This document shows positions 45,295-58,300 of a stretch of 64,000 bases of DNA, piece after piece. The notes beneath the pieces are model-generated. The model ran no database searches. It was not told the origin of the DNA and saw only the letters and a program-made list of their open reading frames with translations. The stretch comes from Macrostomum lignano (Eukaryota). The translations under genes were made by a program, and so were the position numbers. The stretch is taken from assembly GCA_002269645.1 (NCBI GenBank), contig NIVC01001018.1, positions 198,648-262,647 of the forward strand, written 5' to 3'. How positions within the stretch are numbered: position 1 is the stretch's first letter; every line of letters begins with the position of its first letter.

Positions 45295-46813
45295 TTAGGC
45301 TGACGGCACCTTGGCGTACTGGAAGTCCGATCCTGTCATGTAGTCGGCAATGTCTAGTGCTACAACGCAGCTCTCGCGAACCAGAATCTCCGGGTCAGTC
45401 AGGTATTGCCGGAGCAGTTCGACGCAGCGCGGCGTGCCAATGGCGCCGAGAGCTTCAGCTGCCTCGTGACGTACCATGCCGTGCTCTGATTGGTCAGTGA
45501 GGCGGCCAATCAGGGCCTCCATAGAGCTGGGATGGCCAAGCTGGCCCAGTACGAAGGCGACCTCGTGTCGTAGCAGAGCGCTCTCCGGGCAGGTCAGGGC
45601 GGCGCTAAGGCCGGCCACCGCCTCTTCGGCTGACTGGCCGTCTGGCGGCCCAGCGAGAGCAACGTTGCGCAGGCCGAACATCGCACAGTAGCGATCGTAC
45701 AGGGGCGCGGATGGGTCCGACTGCAGCGGCGGAGTGGGATGGAACTGATATAAGATGGATCTGGTGTAGGGTTGTAGGGTGGCTAAAGTGTTAAGGGATC
45801 AGGCTTGGGATGAGTTGGCTGTGGGATGGATCAGGTGTGGCATGGACCAGGTGTGGCATGAATCAGGTGTGGGATGGATCAGGTGTGGGATGGACCAGGT
45901 GTGGCATGAACCAGGTGTGGGATGGATCAGGTGTGGGATGGATCAGGTGTGGGAAAGACCAGGTGTGGCATGAATTAGGTGTGGCATGAATCAGGTGTGG
46001 CATGAATCAGGTGTGGGATGGATCAGGTGTGGGATGGATCAGGTGTGGCATGGACCAGGTGTGGCATGAATCAGGTGTGGCATGGATCAGGTGTGGCATG
46101 AATCAGGTGTGGCATGAATCAGGTGTGGGATGGATCAGGTGTGGGATGGACTAGGTGTGGCATGGATCAGGTGTGGCATGAATCAGGTGTGGGATGGATC
46201 AGGTGTGGAATACTCCCCAAGCCAGAGGTCAGAATCCGGCGCCTACAAAGCCCAGAGCGCGAGAATTGTCACTCACCAGCCTCTGGGCCATGGCGGCCAC
46301 AGACTCTGAGGCTGAGGCAGGCGGCGTGGGATCAACAGAAGCGCAGGCGGCCACGGCGGCCGACACTTCCTCGGGTCGGGCGGTTTTCAGCCAGGCAATC
46401 CGCCGGACAGCCAGTTGGCAGGTCTCGGCCAGCTCCTGCTCTGGGGAGTCGGTCAGCTCGGCCACCGCGGCCAGCGCCTCCTCGGTGCCGATTGCGCCGA
46501 GCGCCTCGGCGGCCTCGTGCCGGACAATGACCGGCTGAGCGGGGTCGGCCAGCACGCGGCGCAGGATTGCTGCAGAGGCCGGGTCGCCTTTCTGACCGAG
46601 TACGTAGGCCATCTCGTGCTTCAACAGTGCGGACTTGTCGGTGAACAGGGCGGCGCCAATCAAGTCGACGGCGGCCGGCTCTCTGGCGTGGCGCAAGCCG
46701 AACAGGCAGCGGTACTTTTCTACTAGGGGAGTCCGCTCGCCAGCCAGCTGCTCGCCCCAGCTGCGCAGAGTGGCCTCATCCACTGGCTTGATGTCTACAG
46801 CTGCTGCGCTCAT
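45295..46813 (-). CDS. DOHH: deoxyhypusine hydroxylase; exons 46813-46277 and 45720-45295; 320 aa
   Basis: Four HE motifs: LLKHEMAYVLGQ, IVRHEAAEALGAI, LLRHEVAFVLGQL, MVRHEAAEALGAI; RL|gtgagt ... ctgcag|SDPSAPLYDRYCAMFGLRN. Confidence 0.96.
45790..46210. repeat. 16-bp minisatellite in the DOHH intron
   Basis: caggtgtgg(c/g)atg(g/a)a(t/c) units. Confidence 0.92.
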
Positions 46814-46959
46814 GACGTCGCTAAGCTGCAAGGAGAAGTATGTGACAAGCTTTTAACACTTCAAGCGTGTACCAGCTGGCATCCTGGTTTTCTATCTGAC
46901 ATTTTGAATTTCAAACGAGATTCTGACGCTTAAGAAAGCCAGCATTAATTGGTTACTTG

Positions 46960-47400
46960 CCAATTCAGCCAATCGGAGGCAGACACGTCATGAAATAGAG
47001 TCTAGCCTATTGACAATCTATCCAATCCGCGACAGACACGTCATTAAATAGTCTAGCTAACCTAGCCAATCAGATACAGACACGTCATTAAATAGTCTAG
47101 CTAATCTAGCCAATCCGAGACAGACACGTCATTAAATAGTCTAGCTAACCTAGCCAATCAGATACAGACACGTCATTAAATAGTCTAGCTAATCTAGCCA
47201 ATCCGAGACAGACACGTCATTAAATAGTCTAGCTAACCTAGCCAATCAGATACATACACGTCATTAAATAGTCTAGCTAACCTAGCCAATCAGATACATA
47301 CACGTCATTAAATAGTCTAGCTAACCTAGCCAATCAGATACAGACACGTCATTAAATAGTCTAGCTAATCTAGCCAATCCGAGACAGACATGTTATAAAA
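46960..47400. promoter_or_regulatory. 44-bp tandem array of CCAAT-N9-ACACGTCA units upstream of DOHH
   Basis: About 10 units, e.g. agccaatcagatacagacacgtcattaaatagtctagct. The repeat is certain; its regulatory role is inferred. Confidence 0.6.
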
Positions 47401-47559
47401 TAGAGTCCAACCAAGCCAAACAGAGACAGACCCAATTTACGCTCGTATTGTAAATTATATGAAGATTAAAACAAAGCTATCACTATCATACGCAGACACA
47501 TTGATGTGCAGGTTATACTAGCATGGTATCTAAATTATAGCTTAATAACCATAGACTCC

Positions 47560-49860
47560 AGCCTTAATCCGTAACGGGGTCAACCCGTTCTAAAGGGACA
47601 ACCAAGCAACCAAGAAACGCCAAGGGTCTGACACCGTAGCTCAATAGGCTTGAATCTCTCTGGGGATATTGGAAAAAAGGAAGAAAAAAGGAAGACGAGT
47701 CCCCAAGAGATAGACAGAGAGGAAAAGGGCGAGATGGCAACGGAACAGGAGGGGAGAGGAAAGAGAGAACAGGAAAAGCGCAAAAATCCAATAAATCCAA
47801 GTCTCCACGGATATCGCCAAAGAAAAAGCAGCAGATAGGCAGGCAAAGCTAGAAGCACCAGACCCAGCTCGATAATTGTCCAGCAAGTGCCCCGCCCCGT
47901 CCGCTCCCAGCCAACACATCCAACTCTTGAGCTTGGAGGAGGGGGCGGGGTCGAGTCGAGGGGCGACCCAAGCCGAAGAAATCGTAGGTTTTCGGGTGGC
48001 AACGGCAATGGGACTGTCGAAGAAGTACTTTGGGAAGACTTGAAGGAGGGAGAGAGAGTAGGGACGGGAGGGAGGTGGGTGGGGTTCCCCCTCCCCTCCC
48101 CGATCTTGATTAATGCAGCCCGATGGTTCTCAGAAATCCACGACTCCTCTTACTTATTGCCTGGAAACTTGCAGCCAAGCCCAACTGGTTCGCGTCCTTG
48201 GACCCGCCTAACCCTATACTTAAAGATATATTTAAGGCTGGCTGGCATGCATTGAATGACTCTTCGGTGGCGGCTGACGTGTAGATAGCCGCACTCGATG
48301 GAAGCCCAGCTATAGAGGGGATCGGAGAGAGCTGCGACAGGAGAAACTGAGTGCACCTCTCTGCACATTAGTGCACTTCTCTCTGTCTACCCTCCCCCTG
48401 TCTGGCTGACTCACTGTGTGTGCGAATCCTTATCCCAGTCACCCCCATGGCTCCCATCCCTGTACTGGAGGTCCCGGCACAACTGACACATACAGCGCAC
48501 GCTGCATGCCCCAATAGCTGCTGAATTTAACTGGGAAATGGGATGTCTATTTATAACTCAGGAGCAAAGAGGACGAGGGGGGGGGCGATTGACCCGGCTG
48601 GAGAGAGATGAAAGACGCAAAAGTTGGCCCCCTTTTTTAAGTGTGAATCCCAATACGAAGAAGCCGAAATTGGATAACTGGAAATAATTGGCTGTGTTAG
48701 ATTTCCGCTGGGAATAAGAGCATTTAAGCGAGGTAAAAGGGGAGATTCTATTCGAATGTAGGACATTATAACTTTAGACTGGCACCCATACAGAGTAAAA
48801 TAGCGTTCGTTTGTACGATTGATTGTCTCCCCGCTGCATCTGTTGGCAGAGTGCACTGAGACAAAAGGTCTAATATAAACAGCATGGATATCTGCTTGGA
48901 TTAACTCCCACCACTAGCCTCTTTCTAACTACCTGCAGCAATACAACCAACAAATGAATGCACAGATAAGAAGCTAGAGAGCCTTGGCTTAGCAGCGGGA
49001 AGCCAAATAATAGCAGCACAGAGAATGCGGGATGCCGCCCGGTGGGGAGCCGCGGCAAGACAGTGGGGACAAGGGGAGAGCGAACCAGCATAAGAGGGAT
49101 AAGAGGAAGCGGTATACGGGGGGGGGGTTAGCGGGCGCAAAAGTACTGTTGAGAGGAATAAAATTTGGCGCAGAGCTGGATGGAAATATGGAGGATAAAT
49201 AAGGATGCATAGAGACTGGCAGACGGACAGGCAGTTGCAGAAATGATAGGGAGCGCGGTGCTTGCATACAGAAGAATGGAATTTTCATATATGCACTGCG
49301 CTGCCTCGTTGGACAAATAATCATTAAGTGCCAGACAAAAGGAGAGAGAGGGGGGACAGAGCATAGGAAGCTGGGGGGGGGGAAACAGAGCCCCAGCGAG
49401 ATAATCCGGCCGATTCAGTAGGAAAGAGGAAATCGGGAAATGCTGATAACGATGAGCACTATAGCGCCCGCAATACACAGGCTCGCATGGCATGAAAAAT
49501 CTGGCAAGCAGCGTCTCAGTTCACACAAGCGCAGCGAGCCTGAGAAAGGGCAGCTGGAGCTTTGATGAAAGAAGATGGAATGGTCCAAGTGAGAGGAGCT
49601 GGGAGAAGCAGCCAAGCGAACGACCGGAGAGCCGGAGATGGAGGAAATGGCGATGCGAGGAGGCCGGCGAAGAACCGGGCTACATATACCGCATGTCTAG
49701 CAGGCACACGGATGGAAATTCGATGGGATAATCGCAGGGCCAGCTCGAGCCTGCCAGCTGTCACGCACAGCCAGGCGTGTAGGTAGCAATACTGAGTAGC
49801 AAGAGAAGCAATCATTCCCCCGAAACCGCGCTATCACTGGACCTGCTCTTATTGAACCCC
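47560..49860 (-). mobile_element. possible heavily decayed non-LTR retroelement
   Basis: Weak RT-like traces in broken frames (PQLPMLCPPSLSFCLALNDYL..CIYENSILLYAS versus PQGSVLSP.LF...INDL..LYADD); boundaries uncertain. Confidence 0.3.
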
Positions 49861-49904
49861 GAAAAAATTGCTTAGAAATAAAGATATGCCTAAGCTTAAT
49901 CCAT

Positions 49905-50260
49905 GCAAATCAATATCCAGCATCGAATCTGGAGGTCAGGAGCCCCACAGCTTCATATCCAGCATCGAATCTGGGAGTCAGGAGCCCCACAGCTTCATAT
50001 CCAGCATCGAATCTGGGAGTCAGGAGCCCCACAGCTTCATATCCAGCATCGAATCTGGAGGTCAGGAGCCCCACAGCTTCATATCCAGCATCGAATCTGG
50101 GAGTCAGGAGCCCCACAGCTTCATATCCAGCATCGAATCTGGAGGTCAGGAGCCCCACAGCTTCATATCCAGCATCGAATCTGGGAGTCAGGAGCCCCAC
50201 AGCTTCATATCCAGCATCGAATCTGGCGTCAGGAACCTCACAGCTTCATACCCAGCATCG
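49905..50260. repeat. 42-bp minisatellite
   Basis: About 8 units of atccagcatcgaatctggaggtcaggagccccacagcttcat. Confidence 0.92.
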
Positions 50261-52254
50261 AAATTTTGCACTAAAACGGGAGTAAGCAACGCATGAGGTC
50301 AATAAGCAGCCTCGAATCGGGGTCATATTTAATTTAACCGAAGAGTGTCACGCGAATTGTCGAAATTTTAGCTACGGAAATTGAAAAAATACACGAATCC
50401 ATAGGGAAATTTTACTTTGCACGGCAGTCCCAGAGGAGAAGCAGGATCCCAACCCAAGCATTGCGATCCCAGTGGTAAAAAAGTAACATTCGATTAGGTT
50501 TCGCTACTAAAGCCGTTACTAAGGCGTAACAGATTGCTCCATTGCATCGCTAGTATAGTTTCTGCCCTCGCGTCTTCATCGAGAACAGGGAATCTATAAT
50601 GTATTTTGTGGTTTAAAAATAGCAGCCAAGTAAGTTTACTGCAAATACGACCTCGTATTCTGCAAGAGTTTCCATTTTTTGCAAAAAAAAATTTTTTTAC
50701 TCTGCTCAGAATAAATTTTGCTGGCTTCTGCTTCCGCATGGATGCACCAATTGATTATGAATCCTAGTAAGTTAATATTTCCATCCAACCCTAGTATATT
50801 TATCGATTCCTCTGTTGGCTTCCGAAACACATACGGACAAAGTCGAGAGGAGGCAGATCGAATTTTCTTTAGGAGAAGCGCCATCATAAACAAAAAATAC
50901 GACACGCACAGCCAACAAAAGGACATACTCATACCTCAACCGTTGTATAAATGTCATCCGGCCTTGCTTTCAATTAAAAAAAATTATTTTATCACACTTG
51001 AAAAACGGAGAGTGCCTCTTCTCTTTTCTATGGACTGCTCTGTAAGACACTTTAGCTGAGAGGCCAGATAGGTTAAACACAGCGGCGGAGAAAAGAAACT
51101 CCCGAGGGTAGAGAGTGAGTAGAGCATGAGAGCAAGAGACGAAATGAGCGAAAGCGGAAAGGTGGCCCAATAAAGGAAAGCTGTAAAAAATGAGCCGACC
51201 AGCCTGAAACTGATGGAAGCATAAATCAAGCCGCACAGTGAGCACAGGGGCGCCGTGGATATTCTGAGGCTGCGCTGGAGATGGGAGCTCAGGATGAGAA
51301 AGCGGCTAGCTAAAAAGAGGCTGAGGAAATGTGAGCCGGGTCAGGGGGGGGGGGTGAGTTTGGATCCCAGTGCTCTTTCTCCAATTTTTCTGTGGGCGCA
51401 ACTTGACCAAATGCACTCGCACACACACACACAAGCACACTGCTCATGGACTGCACACTGAGCACTCAGATTCAACGAACCACACCTACATTTGCCAGTC
51501 TAAATCGGTTCTGCACCCCACAATGCAGCCCTTAGACTCATCCGACCAACCTCCCTGCTTTGAGTCTCCTTCCACACAGACTGGGCTGAGGACCCACGAC
51601 ACCGGCTCAAATTCGCGAAATAACATTAAGGAGTCGCTGGCCCATCCGCTTTCTGGACAGGCTCTCGCCACCTCCCTCGCCCTGGCTTTGCTTTCTCCCT
51701 TTCCACACTTCACTCAGTGCGACCAAGAAGTATAAAGAACGAAGGGGCGGAGGCGGAGACGAGAGAGACGTATAGAGAAAAGAGCAGGGCAGAGGACTAC
51801 AAACTGCATCAGGCAGGGATTGCGAGGGCTCGGAGGACTCTTTGGGGGGTTGCGGGCACAGCAGGGGGTTGGGGAGGTCGACACTGGCCGAATGCAAATT
51901 CCATCATCGGAATCAGAAATCCGTTTCTCTCCCATATAGCCATTTGGACTCTCGCACACTAGCTATAACGCCTCAGCTTTAGGGGTTAAGGCAAGAGAGG
52001 GCACTCTTTTATCGTTATTTCCAAACCATCAATGAGAATTCGAGTTCGAGGACTAAAAATTAAGGGGAGACTGGAAGAGGAAAGACTACTGGGGAGATAA
52101 TGCTTTGGTGAGACATTTTTGCAAGCTCGAAATTTGGAAGTTCAGAGCTCACAAGTTAGAACTCTCATTAAGTTGAAATTACGCAAAAAATGGTGAACTT
52201 TTTAGCTCGTGAAGGATTCTATAGATGAAATCAAATTTCGAGCTAGTAGAGGAG

Positions 52255-52660
52255 TGTATCTATCAATGATGCCCTTGAGTTAGTGGAGGAGTTCATCTTC
52301 CAATGATGCCTTTTAGTTCGTGGAGGAGTTCATCCTCCAATGATGCCTTTTAGTTCGTGGAGGAGTTCATCTTCCAATGATGCCTTTTAGTTCGTGGAGG
52401 AGTTCATCTATCAATAATGCCTTTGAGCTAGTGGAGGAGTTCATCTACCAATGATGCCTTTTAGTTCGTGGAGGAGTTCATCTATCAATAATGCCTTTGA
52501 GCTAGTGGAGGAGTTCATCTACCAATGATGCCTTTTAGTTCGTGGAGGAGTTCATCTATCAATAATGCCTTTGAGCTAGTGGAGGAGTTCATCTACCAAT
52601 GATGCCTTTGAGCTCGTGGATGAGTTCATCTACCAATGATGCCTTTGAGTTCGTGGAAGA
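52255..52660. repeat. 37-bp minisatellite
   Basis: About 10 units of tggaggagttcatctaccaatgatgccttttagttcg. Confidence 0.9.
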
Positions 52661-54544
52661 TTTCGTGGTGGAGACCGCAAGTTGTTACATTACTTGTTTA
52701 TCATCGCACTCCATCTCCATGGACATAAAAAAATGCATGCCTAAAATCACAAATTCAATGCCTGTAGTTACAGTAATGGGGTCAGATCGACTAAATCCCA
52801 TATTATTTACTATCGCAATCTTAGAGTACTATTTAGACATAACATCACTAAAAAGATAGAGAAAAGATAAAAAACGATACGTTCAAAAGATTGAAGAACT
52901 GATAGCATGAACCGAAGCATCGAATAAAGATAGCTCCTATCGCGTTCAGAAGTAGCTTAAATCAAATGTTTCGTTGCACTTATGCCACAGAAAGCAGTCA
53001 GTAGAGTCTAAGAATCGCAGCTACTATACTCATGGATAATAGATGAAGGCCAAAGCGAACTCCGAGTTAGAAGCTTGACATGATTGAGCCGATACCGAGC
53101 ATGCAGGGTTTGATTAGATATCGAAGGAGCCTAGTAAAGACAAATCAGTATATAGGCTCCAATGCATAGGTAATAAAATCATCATAACATTGAATCCATA
53201 ATTTATTAAGAGCTACAATAGTACTAGATCTACACTATGAAGAAAAATATAGCATATGATACACTATAATTGAAAACGGCTATTGAAAACGGTCATACTC
53301 GTAAATATAATACAAGGGTTTTAAACTGCCACAACGACCTTTTAATCCTTTGTACGCTGTATCTGGAAGATTGACTAAAACCTTACACCCAAGATTTCAT
53401 GAGCAAAACTCTAGATTAATGTTGTGCAGCCTTGGAATCGAACCAGCTCATGCCTTGACCGATCAGATGATGATACAAACGGATTAACAGTAGAAATAAC
53501 AAGCCATTTTCCGCCCGTGGAACTAGCAAGGGAGTCCCCTGACATTTTTGGAGACGCGATGAATAGGTGAATGAACGGAAAGTCGTCTTGGTTTATTAAC
53601 GACCCCTTAGTAGCAAACTGAAATGCTAAGAAACGGACACAAGCAAGTTTCTGTTGTGTATGAGAGAGAAACTTTTCTTGCTCAAGTTCCGGATCGCAAT
53701 TAGGGCCCTTCAGGTCAGTGGGCTGCACGGGGACGAGAGAGTGGAGCTGGCTCTCTCGCCTGCCTTCGATACTTAGGGGACACTCGATCCCAGATTAGCG
53801 TCGAGAACCCCCCCCCCCGATACACTGTCCGCATAGCTAGCTCAGAATATAGTCTGACTGGCTGAGTGGCCGAGCGACTCCGGCCCTGTGCAGTCCCTGT
53901 CCAGCCCCATGCCTCTTAAGCTCTCCATTCATGATCGAACAAAAATTCTGCCGTAATCCGATAGGAGGTCCCAACCCCGAACCGAAGTCCCGTATATACT
54001 TTTTCTCCCCCCCCCATAGTCTAAATACCACGTCAAACCCGAGTCCCCAAGGTGACACTTTTTTAAAGCCCGGATCTCTTCTCTGCTGCATCCTGCTCGG
54101 AGATGATGAGGCCCTAAACTAATCCGGCTAAGGTACGGGATTTGAGGGAAGTGACGAGCAACTTTAATGAAACTTGACTACGATGCAGACTTAACTAACG
54201 ACTATGGCTAGAAATTCGCGTAAAAAGTGAAATAAAGCACAAAGAGTTCATGATTAAATGGCCAAAAGATATATATTTTCCTGACTCAAAGAGGTTGCTG
54301 AGCAAAAATGAAGAACAAAAACAGAAAACGAAAAAACACAGCAGCAAAAATGCAAAAGAATTATTTTTTAAAATAACTATTTTTTTAGAAAAAGCAACGG
54401 GAAAAACTTGTTTGCAATAAAATGCAGAACGATACATAACGGTAACAACTATTGTGTGGATTTGAAACAAAAAACAACAAGCAAAACACACCAACTTTGA
54501 TTAGTTTTTGATTACCTACTTATTTTTAGTAATCTTGTCCATAC

Positions 54545-55393
54545 TCAGTCGCTCTCTTCGCTATCATCAGCATCGTGCGACAGACGAAAGGCCAGCCGAG
54601 TGCAGCGCCGACAATTGGCCGCCGCATTCAAAGCCGGATCCAGCGCGTCCGGGCTCATCCAGGCAGCTAATTCCAGCAGCACGTCTAACGCGTCGGTGTT
54701 CAAATCCGTCAGCTGGCGTTCCAAAGCCTCCAGCTGGATGGCCAGGTTAGCCAGCTCCTCGCTAGCCTGACCATAGTAATCGCGCGGATCAGCGTTGGCG
54801 AAGGCGTCCAGCTGAGTCAGCTGCTTCCGCAGAGCAGCAGCCGCCGCCACCGCCGCCTGCCCGCCGGAAGCGGCGGTGGCTTCTTCGCATAGCGACAGCC
54901 AAGCCGACGGCAAAGCGGAATTAGCGGCCGGCGTTGCAGTCGATTCCGAAGCGACCGCAGGCGCCCGATTCGGTATCACCTCGATCAGGCGGTGGCCCGC
55001 ACTGCCGCCGGCTGTTGAAGCCGACGCAGGCCCGGCCGCCGGAGTTGACTGGCGCGATATCGCCGCCGACGAGGCCTGCGACGACTCCGAAGAATCTGAT
55101 GAAGATTCAGACGGCGACGGCGATTGCGATACCCTGACTGTGGAAGATGGCGCCGTTGACAGATTCGCCGTCGCGGCGCCCCGACGAGACACAGCGAAAG
55201 GCGATGCCATCAACTGCGGCGATGCGGCAGCGGCAGCGGTCGAGGTCGACGAACTCGGCCTAGTTGTAGTCGACGAATTGTCGCGGACGACGCGGGTTCG
55301 AGCAATTAGATCATCGATTCTTCGCTTGAAATCGGCCGCTTTGGGAGCTTGTGGTTGCTGCGGCTGCTGCTGTTGTTGCTGCCTCCAGTCCAT
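54545..55393 (-). CDS. uncharacterised intronless protein (282 aa; S/T/A-rich middle, predicted helical C-terminus)
   Basis: GC-rich ORF; acceptor tatttttcag 22 nt before the ATG; no family recognised. Confidence 0.7.
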   Translation of the reverse strand: MDWRQQQQQQPQQPQAPKAADFKRRIDDLIARTRVVRDNSSTTTRPSSSTSTAAAAASPQLMASPFAVSRRGAATANLSTAPSSTVRVSQSPSPSESSSDSSESSQASSAAISRQSTPAAGPASASTAGGSAGHRLIEVIPNRAPAVASESTATPAANSALPSAWLSLCEEATAASGGQAAVAAAAALRKQLTQLDAFANADPRDYYGQASEELANLAIQLEALERQLTDLNTDALDVLLELAAWMSPDALDPALNAAANCRRCTRLAFRLSHDADDSEESD

Positions 55394-58300
55394 TGCGGCT
55401 TCGTTCGTTTTTTGGCTGAAAAAATAATAGTATAATCATAATGAAGCATTGGAAGACGAATAGGAAGTGACGGCATGGTAGGACGATAGGACGATTTCTA
55501 CAAGCAGATTCTAAGCACTAAAAAGCTACTAGACACGGTGGGACTAAAGACTAAAGTGTGCTGCAAAATGCTGTGAATCTGCTATACACTTACACAGTAG
55601 GCCAAGCGATTCTTCAAGGGGTGCGGCAAGAAGCTTTTAGAAATTTAGAAAGGATTGGCGGGATGAATGCTGAAAAATGGGGGACGGCAAAAACGCCGAC
55701 CTTGACAAGGAAATTCCGAAAGCACGCAGATGCGTCTTGCTTCTAGGAGGAAAAGACATTTTATGCGACGCATTTATTTCAAAGATAGGTAGATTCAAGC
55801 AGAGAAATTCTGCAATTAAGTAACATTTTTCAAGACGAGGAGCTACGCCTCAGTCACAGTGGGGATACTTCTTCCTTGGGGTTAGTTAGCAAAGTAAAAA
55901 GCAAAACATGCTTGGTAAAGTTCACTTTCAAGGTTGCAAGGAGAGGAGAGGGCTGAAAATTTATGTATTTCTTGCATCGACACAGTAGGCCGAGAATTTC
56001 CCCGGAATAACGAAACCCAACTTGAGTTGAGAGCCCTTGAGGCGCCCACTTTAGTCCGGCACTCGGCTGCGAGGATGGCGAGCAAATTAAAAAGTGCGAA
56101 TGCAATTCGAAGCATGTACAGCTGAATCTGGGAGCCCTGCCCGGCATGCAAGACTCAACGTCTAATTGGAGAGGCTTCTCGAGTCGACTTGATTTTGCTG
56201 CATTGCAACAGTGTAGCTATCATGCTTTGCGAGACGTAGATTATCCACTCAGCCTGCCCCAATGGCACTTCTTAAACCTCTAATTCCTAGGCATTCGACA
56301 GTCAGGCACAAGTCTATTACTATAAAATCTGGCACGGAAGGGTTGGAAACACGACAGCGAGTCAAGTGGAGTAGCATGTAGCACGAGGTTTGCGTGTGGT
56401 CTTCCTATATACCATCACTAATCTCCACCTAAGTATGCCACTTAGGGATGGACTGAGAGACCGAGAGGATGAGGGTAGCATTGGCAAGATAGGAATACAG
56501 CTGCAGCAACAACTGGACACGTCATGGGACGCGACATGACCGGGCGGGGGAGATCTGTTTAGGCGGACAAAACTCTGCATGGCCAGGGAATTCAACTGGT
56601 GGCAAATAGAAAGCAAAACGGGTGACCACTCTGCGCGCCCACGCTTGCTAGCCTAGGGAGACGGGACGAAAGGATTGGAAAATATTTGAGGGAGGGGGCT
56701 GTGGCGCAAGCTGTCCCAGATAATGGGTCAGATATAGCATCGTCAATATATGCATAGGAACTTTGGGCGGGAACAAAAATGGAAGAAACCAATAGTGCAC
56801 AGACATATTTAGTTAGAGGATCCATCCGGGTAGGGGCTTGGCAAATGAGGGACAGACAAGCCAGTCAGTCCAACTAAGAGGGGGGAGACCAGAGGACCAA
56901 AAAAACTGTTTGGAGGGAAGCAGTGAAGCTTCCTCCTATCCACACCGTCCGGATTGTTGGGAACCGTGGAGGCAGCGTGGAGAGGAGAGACAAATCAGCA
57001 TTCAAGGCCGGAGCGGACAGCCTATCAATCGGCAGCGGAGGGATAGGGTGAGGACGAAAGAGCCCGATCAGCTTTCATGGGCTCACCTTTCCCCCTATAG
57101 CCCGAGACCCAACTCCTCCCACCAGCTACTTCGCCATCGTCGAGCATCTCTCAAACTGCAAGCGACTGCGCTTAAGAAACGTCAGCCAACAGTGCGGTAT
57201 CCATACAATTGGAAAGAGAATAAAAGCAATAACCCTCCACCTCCCCTTTGTATTTAATTTCATCCTTGGAACTGAAAAGGAAGGCAGTGGCTAATCGTGC
57301 AACAAGGAGACGACAAGTATAAAGCAGTCACAAAATATCATCCAAGTTTCAAGCACGAATCAGGTACGAAGCAGTAGTCATTGCAGCTCACCGTAGAGTC
57401 TGCATTGAAAATTTACATATCTCCTCTACATATATCTCTCCGTAGGCTGCGCATGCTGATCGATTTGCCCTTCGTTTCCATCCTGTTGCACTGCGCTTCC
57501 TCTCTCGTTATTTGAGCCTGCGAGAAGCTGATTCCTCCCGCCATCATAAACATTCGACTCCATCTCTGCACTGAATTCATTGATCTCGCGACCGAGTGCA
57601 CACGAAGTTTTAACGATTGCACTAAGGGTCAACCACAAACTTACCCTCCTGCATTTATAGACTGCGGAGCTAGCGTCGCCCGCCAAGAGCAAGAGCAACA
57701 GAGGTCGCCACTTAGCCCCTGTCCACCGACGGGAAAATCAGCAGCTCAGTAGATCGACCAACAGCGGCATCTGAGAAAACTATGCCAAATATTTTCGTGA
57801 AAGCCACAAGCGCAAAGTAATCACCAAAAGTGGACACGAAATCGCGATGAAAAATTGTTTGATGCACGGACGGCTTGAAAAATTCGCTCAATCCATCTGC
57901 TGCCTTGTGTCATGAGATCAGCCAATCTGCTCCTTTTTCTAGGAACCATTGGATTTATAAATATTTGTGAGTATTATTAGCTGCTTCGATGAAATCATTC
58001 ATTGCTGAAAATAGACAAGCCCATATGAAAAAAGGGGGGACGTAGAGCGCATCCAAGCTAATATTTGGCTAGAGGCGCAGGGATCAAGACACAATTAGTG
58101 GCAGTGACACACGCTACCAAAGTTGCATTAGATTTCTAGTTGAAAATCAGTCATATCTGGGCTATTCCGCAGTTTTGACATGCGGCCTCGTTCCGCTCAC
58201 ACGAGTTTGCAGCATCGATCAGTCATTTTTAAAGTGCAGCAGCGTTTGGAAGGGAGAATCATTTGATGCTCCTCCTGCCTCAGTTTCCGCGGCTAGCACA

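Noticed and set aside
49868-50296. SIESGSQEPH-repeat protein
   Set aside because: Translation of the 42-bp array, with no splice or flanking coding support.
44150-52660. CRISPR arrays
   Set aside because: Units are head-to-tail with no unique spacers, there are no cas genes, and the context is eukaryotic.
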